The notes under the pieces were generated by a model. The model did no database searches. It saw only the letters and a list, made by a program, of their open reading frames with translations, and was not told the DNA's origin. A DNA stretch of 63,451 bases, filler included, from Salisapilia sapeloensis CBS 127946 (taxonomy: Eukaryota > Protista > Oomycota), in NCBI GenBank assembly GCA_023334545.1. It is 16 parts of 16 records of this genome, joined end to end, with 100 filler letters (N's around TTAATTAATTAA, not from the genome) between each part and the next. Parts side by side here need not be neighbours in the genome. Positions count along the whole stretch, not along the records: positions 22,192 to 25,116 come from JAADVB010000816.1; positions 25,217 to 28,013 come from JAADVB010000838.1; positions 28,114 to 40,887 come from JAADVB010000407.1; 13 more parts are not named here. One strand, 5' to 3'. This document shows, in pieces, positions 24,935-36,336 of the stretch; within the stretch, counting starts at the first letter, position 1, and each line of letters begins with the position of its first letter. The position numbers and the translations under genes were made by a program.

Positions 24935-25116
24935 AACAGGTCAACACTGAGTTTTGTGACTTGAAAACTGTATGTCCATCAAGGTGACTGAGATAATATA
25001 TGCCCCACATCCGTGACTCCAAGTTTGTATGTCTACATATATCACTAGGATAATCTATGCCCCACATCCGTGACTCCAAGTTTGTATGCCTACGTATATC
25101 ACTAGGATAATCTATG
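24935..25116 (+). repeat. 57-bp tandem repeat, cut by contig end
   Basis: Units start at 24992, 25049 and 25106 (GATAAT[AC]TATGCCCCACATCCGTGACTCCAAGTTTGTATG..TAC.TATATCACTAG); degenerate copy upstream at about 24935-24991. Confidence 0.93.
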
Positions 25117-25216
25117 NNNNNNNNNNNNNNNNNNNNNNNNNNNNNNNNNNNNNNNNNNNNTTAATTAATTAANNNNNNNNNNNNNNNNNNNNNNNNNNNN
25201 NNNNNNNNNNNNNNNN

Positions 25217-25357
25217 ACGTCGCCGAATGAAGACGCGCAGGCCGTCAAAAACATCATGGTCGAGTCGCTGAATCGATACCCGTATCGGCCACTGCCTCTG
25301 AATGTCCAGCTCACATCAAGCTCGACGAAAGCGAATCACACGGTCTATCACTGTGTT
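25217..25357 (+). repeat. Exact 141-bp copy of 20348-20488 (5' end of the PX-RING gene), then unrelated sequence
   Basis: Base-for-base identity up to ...cactgtgtt, followed by ac (20489) versus gg (25358). Confidence 0.95.
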
Positions 25358-26607
25358 GGCTTTAGATAACGAGCAAACGACATCCCATCATGGCGGTCAC
25401 TCGATGCTCTTTTTAATTACATCTATTTGCAGCTCTCAAGGAAATAAGGTCAAGTCTCACCCTTCGTAGAGTCCAATTAGGGGAGTCAAAGTTTGAAGAT
25501 CGCGCATAAATTATCCGTATTCTGTGCCCATGATTACTTTTACTGGCCTGAAGAATTACCAGAGTTTTTAAAATATCAACATCCGATATTCTCATATCAG
25601 CTACCTCCGCAGGTAGCTGATTTGAATCATAAAACGAACAAATTTAATAAACGTACGACCAAAACAATAATGGTCAAGGCATGAACTTATAAGACGATTT
25701 TCGACAACTTTGAATCCCTATTAGTATGTGTCGGCTGCATTGGCCTTTCCAGCCTACGCTAGAACAATTACCTAGCAACAATCTCTATGTCTCTCCGTGA
25801 TGGACAGTTAATACAGTAGTTTCAATTTGCAATACTATAACTGCTAGAACCATCTGAGGTTCAGACTCAGAGTCTGAACGGTCTGGATTACCAGTAACTG
25901 GATGGAATATACTACTATTTACTTGTTTTTTGTCATTTTCATTTATTCCCCTCAGAAGTTACATAGACGATTGCAGTTGTACATCAGGAGAGCACAAAGT
26001 GACCGGGGTGGCATAAATCATTTGCTCGTTATCTGGGTCAACCACCTCTAGCAGCTACTCCAAACAAGATAACTTGTTTTGGTACCCTCGAGGCGTACAA
26101 AGATGCCCGCGATCTAAGCAGAGGAGAGCATCGAGTGACCGGTGCGGTGGAAAGTAGTTTGTTCGTCATTTGGAGTCATCGTCTATTGTACCTTGTACCT
26201 TGTATCCTGCTATTCCTGCATTTCTCCGCATCCGTTTTCATGCTTTTTCAAGCGATTGAGCTCAATTTTGGTAGGTCTCAAAGGAAGATGGCATATTGGA
26301 TCGTCAATTCAAACACCGCTATCTTGATCTGAACAAGATCAGATAACGTTTGCCGATGCACTCATATAGCAGATACAGATTGAGATTGCGATTAAACCTT
26401 CACAAGCCTACGAATTTTAGCTACATTGACCGCTTTTCTGTTCAAGCTATGTTACAGTACCCGACACAAGTCAAGCTAAATCTGACAGAAGGGATGTTGC
26501 ATAAAATACGCCGGACATATTTCCCGCCGTATCGTCTCCAAATGAAGAACTGACAGTGAATTTACATATCATTCCTAGATTTGTAAGCTGTCATATACTT
26601 CGGACTC

Positions 26608-28013
26608 ATGACGACGCATTGGACAGCAGACGCATACCAAAGTTTTCACCTCTGAGAGGAAAAGAAGGCTGACTGCATGCGCATTGCAATGATACTCGTC
26701 CATGAAGCATTCCGGCATTTTCAAAATTTTGATCGTTCTGTACCTCGAAAAATGGACGATGAACGTTGGAAACCTATCAAGTCGTCCAACAATGTGACCA
26801 TGTACCGTGAGCGACATCCATCCCGGCGCGTGGTGAAAGATTCTTACACAGACAGTGCCGGTTGGTAAATGCCTCGTGTCATTGTCGGTACTGGAACGAT
26901 CTCACATAATATTGACGACCTCTTGTATGGTCTCGCGTACGGCGACGAGGCAGCAGGCTTCTAAGCTGCGTCCTACTCTGGATCACCACTGGTAAATGCC
27001 CAATTTCTCTCGACGATCGACAAACCGACTCTGGAGCATCCATATCGCTGCACTGTTCTGCAATGGCATGCTGGTAGTCCAACTCTAGCACTCCGAGGGG
27101 TTATCAGAGATCGAGACGCTGTTTGCATTCGAGCGACAGGAGTTCTTCAAGTCGGTAAAGACGAGCGAATTGGGTACAGTCTCATGCATTCGATCGACTT
27201 ACCATCTACTCCTCCGCTTGAAAGACAAGGCACCGTACGTACTCGAATTTCCACTTGTAACCTTTTCAAGCCGATTGGAGATCAGTCAGTCGAAGTGTTC
27301 ATTAAAGGTATTATGAAGTAATGGGAAACACACTTCTCGACTCCATTGCTGTCGTCACTTTGGCCAGTGGACTCATGGATACTCGGACATCCGGCCAGTG
27401 TGCGAAACTGAAGAAATTTTCATGGCTTTTGCAGAGAAAGGATGTGAACAAGAATGATGTCATGAGCTTTATTGGCAACGAGGAAGGTGAAAACAAATCG
27501 GAATGTCGGTCCTGCAAGAAGCGATTTGGTCCATTACGCAAAGCCTACCCTTGCACTTTGTGTGATTCATCAATTTGCCGGAAATGCGCTTTTTTCCACG
27601 GAGCTAATCGAGGTCATTCCCAAATTAAAACGATGCCCAAGAAGATCCGCCTCTGCCTCACTTGCGACCAATTCGCGAACAAAGTCAATTCGTATAAAGT
27701 TTCTCGACAATAAATTCTCGCTGGAAGATATGATAGAGGAGACACCGGATCTACTGTCGTTGAGCCATCTAGGATCTCCCAGATGGCAGAAGAACCAGGC
27801 GCTTGATCTGGTAGGGAGTCCTACTCTGGTGAAATCTACGATTTCGGTTCGGGTGACGTGAGCTTTTTGACGGAAGGCTCACTCAGTGCCTTTGCCCAGC
27901 TAACATCATGGAGTGATGATACTCCAATAATTGAGTCTCGGAGATCCTCAGACGAAGGGTCTCTCATGCGAGGCGCTTCCACCGATTCTGAAGAGTGGGA
28001 TATGATGATTGAG
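26608..28013 (+). pseudogene. START-like + degenerate FYVE gene, pseudogenised
   Basis: Colinear with the intact paralogue at 62423-63451; in-frame stops (HL*EE, GW*MP at 26866-26868, GF*AA, RQ*IL) and frameshifts, including a 1-nt deletion near 27310. Confidence 0.85.
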
Positions 28014-28966
28014 NNNNNNNNNNNNNNNNNNNNNNNNNNNNNNNNNNNNNNNNNNNNTTAATTAATTAANNNNNNNNNNNNNNNNNNNNNNNNNNNNNNN
28101 NNNNNNNNNNNNNACTTTAATGGATAGAATTACAAAACTTGAATCCCATTTTTGCTGGACCGTTATGCAGCACAAACATGACCAAACTTTTCGTATCCGG
28201 AGTGGAAGAATGCCATTGGTCTAGTACTGAAGAATCTTACCTCAATCAACTAGAGCTAAGTGAAAGCTGACAACTTCACCTTTGGAAAGCTGTAGGATGT
28301 GATATAACTATGTGTCAAGATGAATTTATGCCATGGGCACAACTCGGCCAAGTTACTTTATAGGAACCACTATCAATGTACAATGGTACTAATACGGATG
28401 GAGTCGAACAAACAAGCATCCATCCATTCTACACGACTATTTTCCAAACCCCGGTAAGCGCAGCGATAGTGGCGTAGACTATGACTACATTTTTGAATCT
28501 CGGATTGAAGAAATAGCATAGCACAACAGCAAGCAATAGTTACCGACGAAAGCTAGAGCGTTTTTTGCGGAAACACTGATCAAGGCGGATTGTTGTGAAG
28601 GCAATCAAATTATTTGAAAGCATGACACTTGAAGCTGTCTGCGTTTTTAAGCAAAGGGCATGATGGATGAGAGTAAACAAGGACTAAACTACTTAAAAAT
28701 ATAATTTCTTTCATCTCATGTGTATCCAGTGATGTGGACTGTGACTCAAGCGCTTAATCATCGCAGCAACTTGAGCGAAAGGGTATCACCTCTTATACGC
28801 CTACCATACACTAAATAGTGCGTATCTATAGCTTACATAAATAGCGAAAGGTGTTTTTATATAGTGAAGCCATGTGCCACTATAACCATCACGACTGGCC
28901 TAGAAATGGCTTCATTTTATCGCTTGGCCGCAAGAGCTCTCGACGTTACGGAGTTCCTTAGCAACC

Positions 28967-31900
28967 ATGGACGCCGCTAACTTACACAACATCCTCTTGC
29001 ACACCTTCAGCAATGACAACGCTGCTCGTAATGCTGCTGAAGAAGCCATCAAGCAGCTTCACTTGACACCAGGCAGCCTGCAGCTGCTCGTGCAGGTCGC
29101 GATGGAAGACAATGTCAGCCGTGAAGTCCGCCAGGCTGCTGCCGTGCAGCTCAAGAACATCGTGCAGCGCTACTGGGAAGGAATGGATGATAAGCAGGGC
29201 AACCTGACCCCAGCCTTCTCGGATGCGGACAAAGCTGGGTGTCGCCAGAACGTACTCGAGGTACCCATCCATCTATCCGTCCGTACTATGCGATTTATAT
29301 TCATAACGATCTATTTCAGGCACTCTTTGTATCGGAAGACAGCTCTGTGCGTGCTCTGCTTGCTGAGACCGTTGCTTCAATCGCTCGTCTCGACTTCCCC
29401 GTACGAATAGCTATTCTCCTTTTATCTTCTTTTCATTTATTAAAAGTCATGTGACTACAGGACCACTGGCCGAACCTCATTGATGAGATCTGCAAGAACG
29501 TGCAAAGCAACCATGCTACACGTATTATCAACGTACAGTCTTCACATTGGTGTCGTAGAATTTTTTCGCTTACTCATCCCATTCATAGGCTCTTCTCGCC
29601 CTCCGTCGTGTCGTCAAGAACTTTGAGTACCGCGCAGATGAGGTACAGCACGACACTTTATCTTGTATAAAGTCTATACTAATCAACTATCTCTCGACAG
29701 CGTCTCGGTCCACTCTTTGCGCTCGTGGAAAGCGTCTTCCCGATGCTCCATCAGATGCTAACGCAGCTCCAGCAAAATTACTCGCTTGAGTCGGCCCACA
29801 TGATCCACCTCATCCTCAAGTCCTACTGGTCGTGCGTAAAGTGCACTCTACCTCCGTTCCTGGCGCAAACGCCACAGGTCCTCACGTGGATGCACTCGCT
29901 ACGTGACATCGTCGCACAGCCGCTGCCTGAAGCCAGTGAAGGTGGCTTGCCTGCTGGTCAGCCGACGGATGAAGAAGAGCGTGAGAACTGGCCTTGGTGG
30001 AAGCTCAAGAAGTGGGCGCTCCAGATCCTCGTGCGCTTTTACTCTCGCTACGGGAACCCGAAGAAGGCAGAGGACCAGTACGCTGAAATGAGCACTGTCT
30101 TCCGCAACCAGGTGGCCCCGGAGCTCGTGCCTACGATCTTGGACACGCTCGCTTTGCGCAAGAATGGCCGCTTCTGCACCGACCGAGTCGTGCAGCTCAG
30201 TCTCGTCTTCATGCAAGAAGCTGTCGACTCGAGCGTCACGTACAAGGTGCTGAAGCCGCACCTCGGGTTCCTCATCTTCGAAGTCATCCACCCCGTGCTC
30301 TGTCTGACGCAAAAGGATCTGCAGCTATGGGCAGAAGATCCGCATGAGTTTGTCCGTCGCACGAACGACGTCTTTGAAGACTTCTTGGACCCTGTTTTCG
30401 CTGCCTCGAACCTCTTGGCAGACCTGTGCACGAAGCGTGGGAAGGACTGCTTGCCGCAGGTGCTCCAGTTCTACAATGACATCTTGACCAAGTACGCCAA
30501 CACGCCGGAAGCCGAGCGTGACTACATCCAGAAGGACGCTGCGTTACATGCACTCTTTTCACTCGACACGGTGCTCACCAAGAGCTCAGCGCATAAAGCT
30601 CAGGTGGAGCCCATGATTGTGAACCACATCCTGCCAGAGTTTAAGAACCAGCATGGGTTCTTGCGACTTCGTGCCTGTCGTGTCTTCTCACGTAAGTACA
30701 TTGAAGGCATCCGGTTCGAAAATGAGCAGACGCTTGTGAGCATCGTCGAAGGTGTTCTCGACTGTATGTTCGACCCGGAGCTGCCTGTACGTATTGAAGC
30801 AGCTAAAACCATTCGTTTTGTCGTTATGTACCCGCACTCGGACACGGTTGTCGATGTGCTGCGTCCGCGATTGCCGCAGATCCTCGAACAGTTCTTTAGT
30901 CTGATGGACGAGATTGGAAACGACGAAGTTGTGGTTGCGCTTGAGCACATTATCGACCGCTTTTCGGACGAAATCGCACCTTTTGCACTGCAGCTCGTGT
31001 CCAAGTTCGTCGAGTTCTTCCAGCAGTTCACCGCTGCGTCGGAGGATGATGAAGATGCTTCCTTAGCTGCTGTCTCTTGCCTCGATGCGATCAACACGAT
31101 CTTGATGAGTGTCCACAACCAGCCAGAGCTCTATGCGCTCATGGTACCGACGTTGGCGCCTGTTGTCCAGCGCATTCTGACGGACTTTGACTACGTCGAG
31201 TACATGGAGAGTGGCATCGACATCCTCGGCTCGCTTGCATTCTACAGCCACAAGATCACGCCGGCGCTGTGGGAGCTTTTCCCACTGCTCTTCTCTTCCT
31301 TCCAGGGATGGGCAGCTGACTACTTGACCAACTTTGTGCCAGTGATCGATAACTTTGTCGGTCGAGACGTAGATGGCTTCTTGGCTGGTGCTGCCACGGA
31401 CCCTCAGACGGGTGCCCAGATCCGGTACTTGGAGCTCGTGTTCAACATGGGCAAGAGTGTGTTCGATGGTGACTACTCTCAGGAAGTAGACGTCTGTGCT
31501 GCCTGCCGTCTGTGGTACTCTCTCCTCCACAACTGCTTTGGCAAAGTGGATGAGTGCGTGCCTCCGATCGTTCACATGGTCTGCGCGCGTCTGTTGAAGC
31601 CTGTGCAGGAGAACGAGAGCGAGGACTCGACAATCCGCAGTCTCTTGGGTGTCGTCGGCAGCCTCTTCCACTACAACCCGGCGCTGACGATGGCGGCGCT
31701 CGAGAATTTGAACGCTGTCGATGGTGTGTTCAAGATCTGGCTCATGGACCCCGCTCGCTTCGACTCGTTCCTTGACCGCAAGCTCTTTGTTCTTGGTATC
31801 ACGTCGCTGCTCAAGCTACCGGTCGAGAAGATCCCTGCATCGTTGCGTCCGCACATGAAGCAGATTGTCCAAGCCGACATGAGTGTGCTCGCGCATTCGA

Positions 31901-32319
31901 TCAAGAACCCTCGTCCGGGTATTCAGCCAGAGGAAGAGGAAGGCGAAGACCTTGGCGCCGGACCGGAGAACTTTGAACAGTTGCTTGATGCCGGTGGATA
32001 TGACTCTGGAGAGGACGCCGAAGATGTCATGGATGACCAGTACTATGAGATCTTGAAGCAGTTGAGAGAGGAAGCTTCTCTGGACACGCAGTTCATGTAC
32101 GACGACGATGGTGACGACGACTATGCGAGTTTGTTGGATGAAGTGGATGAAGTTGAGTTCTTCCTGTCGACGCTGCACAACTTTGCACAGGCTCATCAGG
32201 GTGAGTACCAGAGCTTGCAGTTGGAAGCCGATCCGGAGTGCCAGCAGATGCTAGCGTTCTTCCAGGAAGAGCACGCGAAGCGACAGAAGCGAAAGGCTGA
32301 AGGAGAGCAGGCTCAGTAA
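28967..32319 (+). CDS. IPO7: Importin-7/8 (SAD2/Nmd5-like karyopherin beta), multi-exon
   Basis: IBN_N (RQAAAVQLKN), WPWWKLKKWA, LWAEDPHEFVR, GFLRLRAC, ELPVRIEAA, acidic C-terminal region; introns near 29259-29320, 29400-29460, 29533-29588 and 29642-29700. Confidence 0.92.
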
Positions 32320-32426
32320 GGGTCTAGGGAATTTATGCCAGAAGTGTACGGAGAAAGTGTGCCGATGGCAGTACGAGAGTAGGAGTAGAAGAGAAGAAAA
32401 CACGATTTGGTTTACAAGTACTTGTC

Positions 32427-33798
32427 CTAGTTCGTTCCGTCGTACGTCGCTGCTGGATCGAACTTGGCATTCCGGTGCTTCCGGAGGCATTTCGTGCCAC
32501 AGTAGACGAACTCGAATTTCGAAAAGTACTCGCCTTCGATCGGCTCAAAGTCCTTGTTGCAGACACTGCACTTGATCCAGTGCTTGGGGACTTCAGCAAG
32601 AGCTGGTGGGGTGTACCACGCTAGCAAGTCGACTGGGTTTCTACGTACGATTTGGTCCCACAGTATCGGGAAATCGGATACTTGAAGCTGTGCTTCGAGT
32701 CGACGTTTAAACCAAGTGGACAGGTATGCGTATCCACCTCCGCCAAAGCGCCGGTACTGGACTCGTTGCGTGATGTTTGTAGAAAGCAAGAGCTTGTCTG
32801 CGCAGTCATGTTGGATGAGTTTAGCAATGCATTTTGCTATGGATGCATCGGATGGAGGTGGTATTTCATTCGGAAGGAAGGAGGAGCGGGAAGCTAGAGC
32901 AGTAGGGACTAGGAGAGGATTGATAAAGGTCATGTCGGAGACCGCGTAGTGCCCGATAAAGTTAAAAGCTAGTCGAACTCCACTGCTGCACAAGTCTTTT
33001 AGAAAATCGACGCGGTCAGACCATCGGTCGGCATGACAAATGACTAGTTGTCCAGCTGAAGCTCCGACGGTGATGAGCTCTTGGATCCAGGTCTTGATTG
33101 CGATCTCAAACAGAGATGGAGTCATCAAACCATTATCGCCATTTGAAAAGGACAGAAATACTGGCGCATTCGTTCGTGACTGAGCCTACAGGTTGCATAC
33201 TGTCAGTGGTGATTGGTAGAAGTATGTGTATCAAGCCTACCGATGCTATAATCTGAATAAGCGTTCGATCGGTCGGAGAGAGGTCTACATTCAAGATGTG
33301 GATCTGTTGATAGATAGCACCAGCTCCGCCATCCTCCTTTGACGATGAACGAAAGCCAAAATTAAGTTCGTTCTCTAATTGAGCAGCAAGCTCTGAGATA
33401 GTCTGATCATTCGCTTTGCCAGTCTCATGCAGCTTGGCTTTATCCACCGTGGTGACACTGACGATCGGCACGTCGAGTCGCTTTGACAAGGATTGGAGCG
33501 ATCCGTGCAGCTCATTCCTACCCTCTTGCGGCAAGGTGACGTCAATGATTAGAGGTGATGACTCGATATCTTGCAAAGCTTGTAATTCACGATACGCAGG
33601 GTCCTCTCGATCCATGATAAGGTTCCGACCGTCATTGTGCATTGGCTGCTGACGATATGCAATGCGCTCTTCTACGTCCAAATCCGACCCATTCATCCTC
33701 CCACCAATTCGATGCAATACATGTTCATGCGGTAGTACGAAACGCACTTGAGTTGGCGCTACACTACCATTCACAGTCCTAATGAGCTTATCCATCAT
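32427..33798 (-). CDS. Phosphotriesterase-related (PTER-like) fold protein with a C-terminal zinc finger (2 exons)
   Basis: IRTVNG..VLPHEH, IIDVT, CHADR, YRRFGGGGYAYL, NPVDLL; 54-bp intron 33240-33187 gives ...IIAS|AQSRTNAPVFLS; C-terminal CSVC-x19-YCGTKC. Confidence 0.82.
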
Positions 33799-33921
33799 TT
33801 CAGAATGTACAGAAATGGTTCAGCTGACATGATGACCCTCTAATTATCTATTGACACCATCTTAGTCTTGATGACGCGACGCCATTTAACACTTTTGAAT
33901 TCGCCTGATTACGCTTAGATC

Positions 33922-36267
33922 ATGCTGCTCCGTCAGACACGCGTGGCATCGCTACGACGATCTGCATTGTCTAGTGCCTCTGTGCAACATTTCCATGGCG
34001 GCTTTAACCGTGCGCCTTCCCAAGCTGCGACGAAGCAGGTGGAAACACTGCGACCTGTGGGTGGTGTCCAGCCACTGAGCCTCCGGTCGCCAGTCTTCCA
34101 GATCTATGGTGCCAACACTGACGTTGGCAAGACGGTGGTGTCTGCTGGTCTATGCCGTAGTGCTGTCAATGCCTTCGACAGTGTCGAGTACATTAAGCCA
34201 CTGCAGACGGGCACAGCTGATGAAGCTGGAGACGCTCCGTTCATTCGCAACCATTGCCAGAGCAATGCACTTAATACGTCCACGCTGCATACGTGGAGGA
34301 CGGCTGTGTCTCCTCATTTAGCAGCAGACAAAGAGGGTCACGCCTTAACGGATGAAGATCTGCTCGCTTCCTTGCAAAAGAAGCTGCAAGAGGTCCAAGG
34401 CGCCGGACTGACGTTCGTCGAGACGGCTGGTGGCGTCTTGAGTCCATCAGCATCGATGCGTCCACAAGCAGACGCATACAGGTCGCTTCGACTACCTGTG
34501 GTTCTAGTCGGCGATGGCAAACTCGGTGGCATTTCCACCACGCTGTCGGCTGTCGAGAGTCTTGTGCTGCGTGGATACGACATAGCCGCCGTGTGCTTGA
34601 TCGAGCAGGACGGACTGGACAACATGGAAGCCATGCAGTCACGTCTGGAAGAGCTAGGCGTGCAGGCGTTTACGATGGACGCCCTGCCTCCTCAGCCTGA
34701 GCCATTGGACCAGTGGTTCAAGTCGCACGAAGCTTCGTTTGACAGTGTGATTCGATCTCTCCAAGACTTCCACTCGAACCGTCTCGACCGACTCCGTAAC
34801 ATGCAGGAGAATGCCGAGAAAGTGTACTGGTGGCCATTCACTCAGCATAAGACGTACGGATCGCTGTCCATCATTGACTCAGCTCATGGAGATGACTTTA
34901 GCATCTACCGACCAGAGTCCCAGCAACTCGAGCCTTCCTTTGACGCTTGTGCGAGTTGGTGGACGCAAGGTATTGGCCATGGCAACAGCAAGCTGGCGAC
35001 ATCTATTGCGTACGCTGCTGGTCGCTACGGCCACGTCATGTTCCCTGAGAACGCACATGAGCCTGCGATGCAGCTGAGTCAGAAGCTCGTGGAGACCGTC
35101 GGGAAGGATTGGGCGACGCGTGTCTACTTTTCCGACGACGGCTCTACGGCCGTGGAAGTAGCGCTGAAGATCGCTTTCCGAAAGTTCTTACGTGACCAAA
35201 AGCTCCAGTACGAGACTTTTGATACCAACGCACCAAAGCTAGTGGTGCTTGGACAGACGAACTGCTACCATGGTGATACGCTCGGTACGATGAATGTAGG
35301 CGAGCCGAGTGTCTTTAATATGCAGCAGCATCCGTGGTACCGGGCGGAAGCATGCTTCGTCGATCCGCCATCTGTGGCGTTGCGAGATGGCAAGTACAGT
35401 ATCTCGGTTGCGCCGGAGCTAGGGGTGCCAGAGCACTTGACACAACAGACGTACGATACGTTAGAAGAAGTATTTGATGCCGCACGGAACGATCCGGAGT
35501 TGATGACAGCTTATCGAGCATACATCTCTGGCATGATTGAGTCGACGGAGGCCAAGTCTGGGGATGGAAATGGCGTGCGAGTAGGAGCGACGGTGCTGGA
35601 ACCAGTGCTGATTGGCGCGGGTGGTATGATCATGCTAGACCCAGTGTTCCAACGAGCAGTGGTGGAGGAGAGTCGTAGTCGAGGCATTCCTGTAGTCTTC
35701 GATGAAGTCTTCTCTGGCTGGTGGCGCCTCGGTGTCCAGAGCGGACGCGACTTGCTTGGTGTGAACCCGGATATTGCATGCTATGCAAAACTCTTGACGG
35801 GTGGTGTGGTACCGATGGCTGTGACGTTGGCATCGGAAGAAGTGTTTGAAAGCTTTTTAGACGATGAAACGCTCCAGGCTTTGCTCCATGGTCACTCGTT
35901 CACGGCGAATCCGATCGGATGCGCTGCTTCCATCGCGTCGTTGGACGCGTACGATTTGCTGACGGACGCTCAAGGCGAGACGACGACGCCGAGACACTAT
36001 TGGGACCCAGCTATCCTCAAGGAACTGTCCGAGATGGACAATGTCGAACGGACGTTTGGTATCGGTACGGTCATGGCCGTGGAGCTCAAGTCGTCGGACC
36101 CGGGATACACATCGAAAGAGGCGAAGCATTTGATTGCGAGCTTAAGACAGACGCAGAACATTTACGCTCGATCTCTAGGCAACGTCGTCTACTTTATGTG
36201 TTCTCCTTTGACGACGCAGCAGGACTGTCAGCGTCATCTCTCTCGCTTGCGACAGGAGCTTGAGTAG
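33922..36267 (+). CDS. BIO3-BIO1: Bifunctional dethiobiotin synthetase / DAPA aminotransferase with mitochondrial-type presequence
   Basis: GANTDVGKT P-loop, KPLQTG, VETAGG, LVGDGKLGGISTT (BioD); WWPFTQH, DACASWWT, SDDGSTAVEVALK, YHGDT, VFDEVFSG, CYAKLLTGG (PLP lysine), LHGHS (BioA); R/S-rich N-terminus; intronless. Confidence 0.96.
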   Translation: MLLRQTRVASLRRSALSSASVQHFHGGFNRAPSQAATKQVETLRPVGGVQPLSLRSPVFQIYGANTDVGKTVVSAGLCRSAVNAFDSVEYIKPLQTGTADEAGDAPFIRNHCQSNALNTSTLHTWRTAVSPHLAADKEGHALTDEDLLASLQKKLQEVQGAGLTFVETAGGVLSPSASMRPQADAYRSLRLPVVLVGDGKLGGISTTLSAVESLVLRGYDIAAVCLIEQDGLDNMEAMQSRLEELGVQAFTMDALPPQPEPLDQWFKSHEASFDSVIRSLQDFHSNRLDRLRNMQENAEKVYWWPFTQHKTYGSLSIIDSAHGDDFSIYRPESQQLEPSFDACASWWTQGIGHGNSKLATSIAYAAGRYGHVMFPENAHEPAMQLSQKLVETVGKDWATRVYFSDDGSTAVEVALKIAFRKFLRDQKLQYETFDTNAPKLVVLGQTNCYHGDTLGTMNVGEPSVFNMQQHPWYRAEACFVDPPSVALRDGKYSISVAPELGVPEHLTQQTYDTLEEVFDAARNDPELMTAYRAYISGMIESTEAKSGDGNGVRVGATVLEPVLIGAGGMIMLDPVFQRAVVEESRSRGIPVVFDEVFSGWWRLGVQSGRDLLGVNPDIACYAKLLTGGVVPMAVTLASEEVFESFLDDETLQALLHGHSFTANPIGCAASIASLDAYDLLTDAQGETTTPRHYWDPAILKELSEMDNVERTFGIGTVMAVELKSSDPGYTSKEAKHLIASLRQTQNIYARSLGNVVYFMCSPLTTQQDCQRHLSRLRQELE

Positions 36268-36336
36268 CTTAAGAAGGAAAGTAAACGACATTGAAAAGTC
36301 TTGTGTATATTGGCAGTTGAGAATATAGGAAAGTTG

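Noticed and set aside
22192-25116. 16-bp and 57-bp arrays as CRISPR
   Set aside because: Head-to-tail units with no unique spacers, no cas genes and a eukaryotic context
26866-26970. TAA recoded as Gln (two TAA align to CAA in the paralogue)
   Set aside because: The same copy has other stops and frameshifts, and intact genes (H3, importin, PLAC8) terminate at TAA; simple C-to-T decay explains it
20348-28013. The recombinase gene (22568-24274) lying physically inside the inverted-repeat segment and catalysing its inversion
   Set aside because: It is on a separate contig placed between the two halves only by concatenation order and shares no overlap with them; no linkage can be inferred
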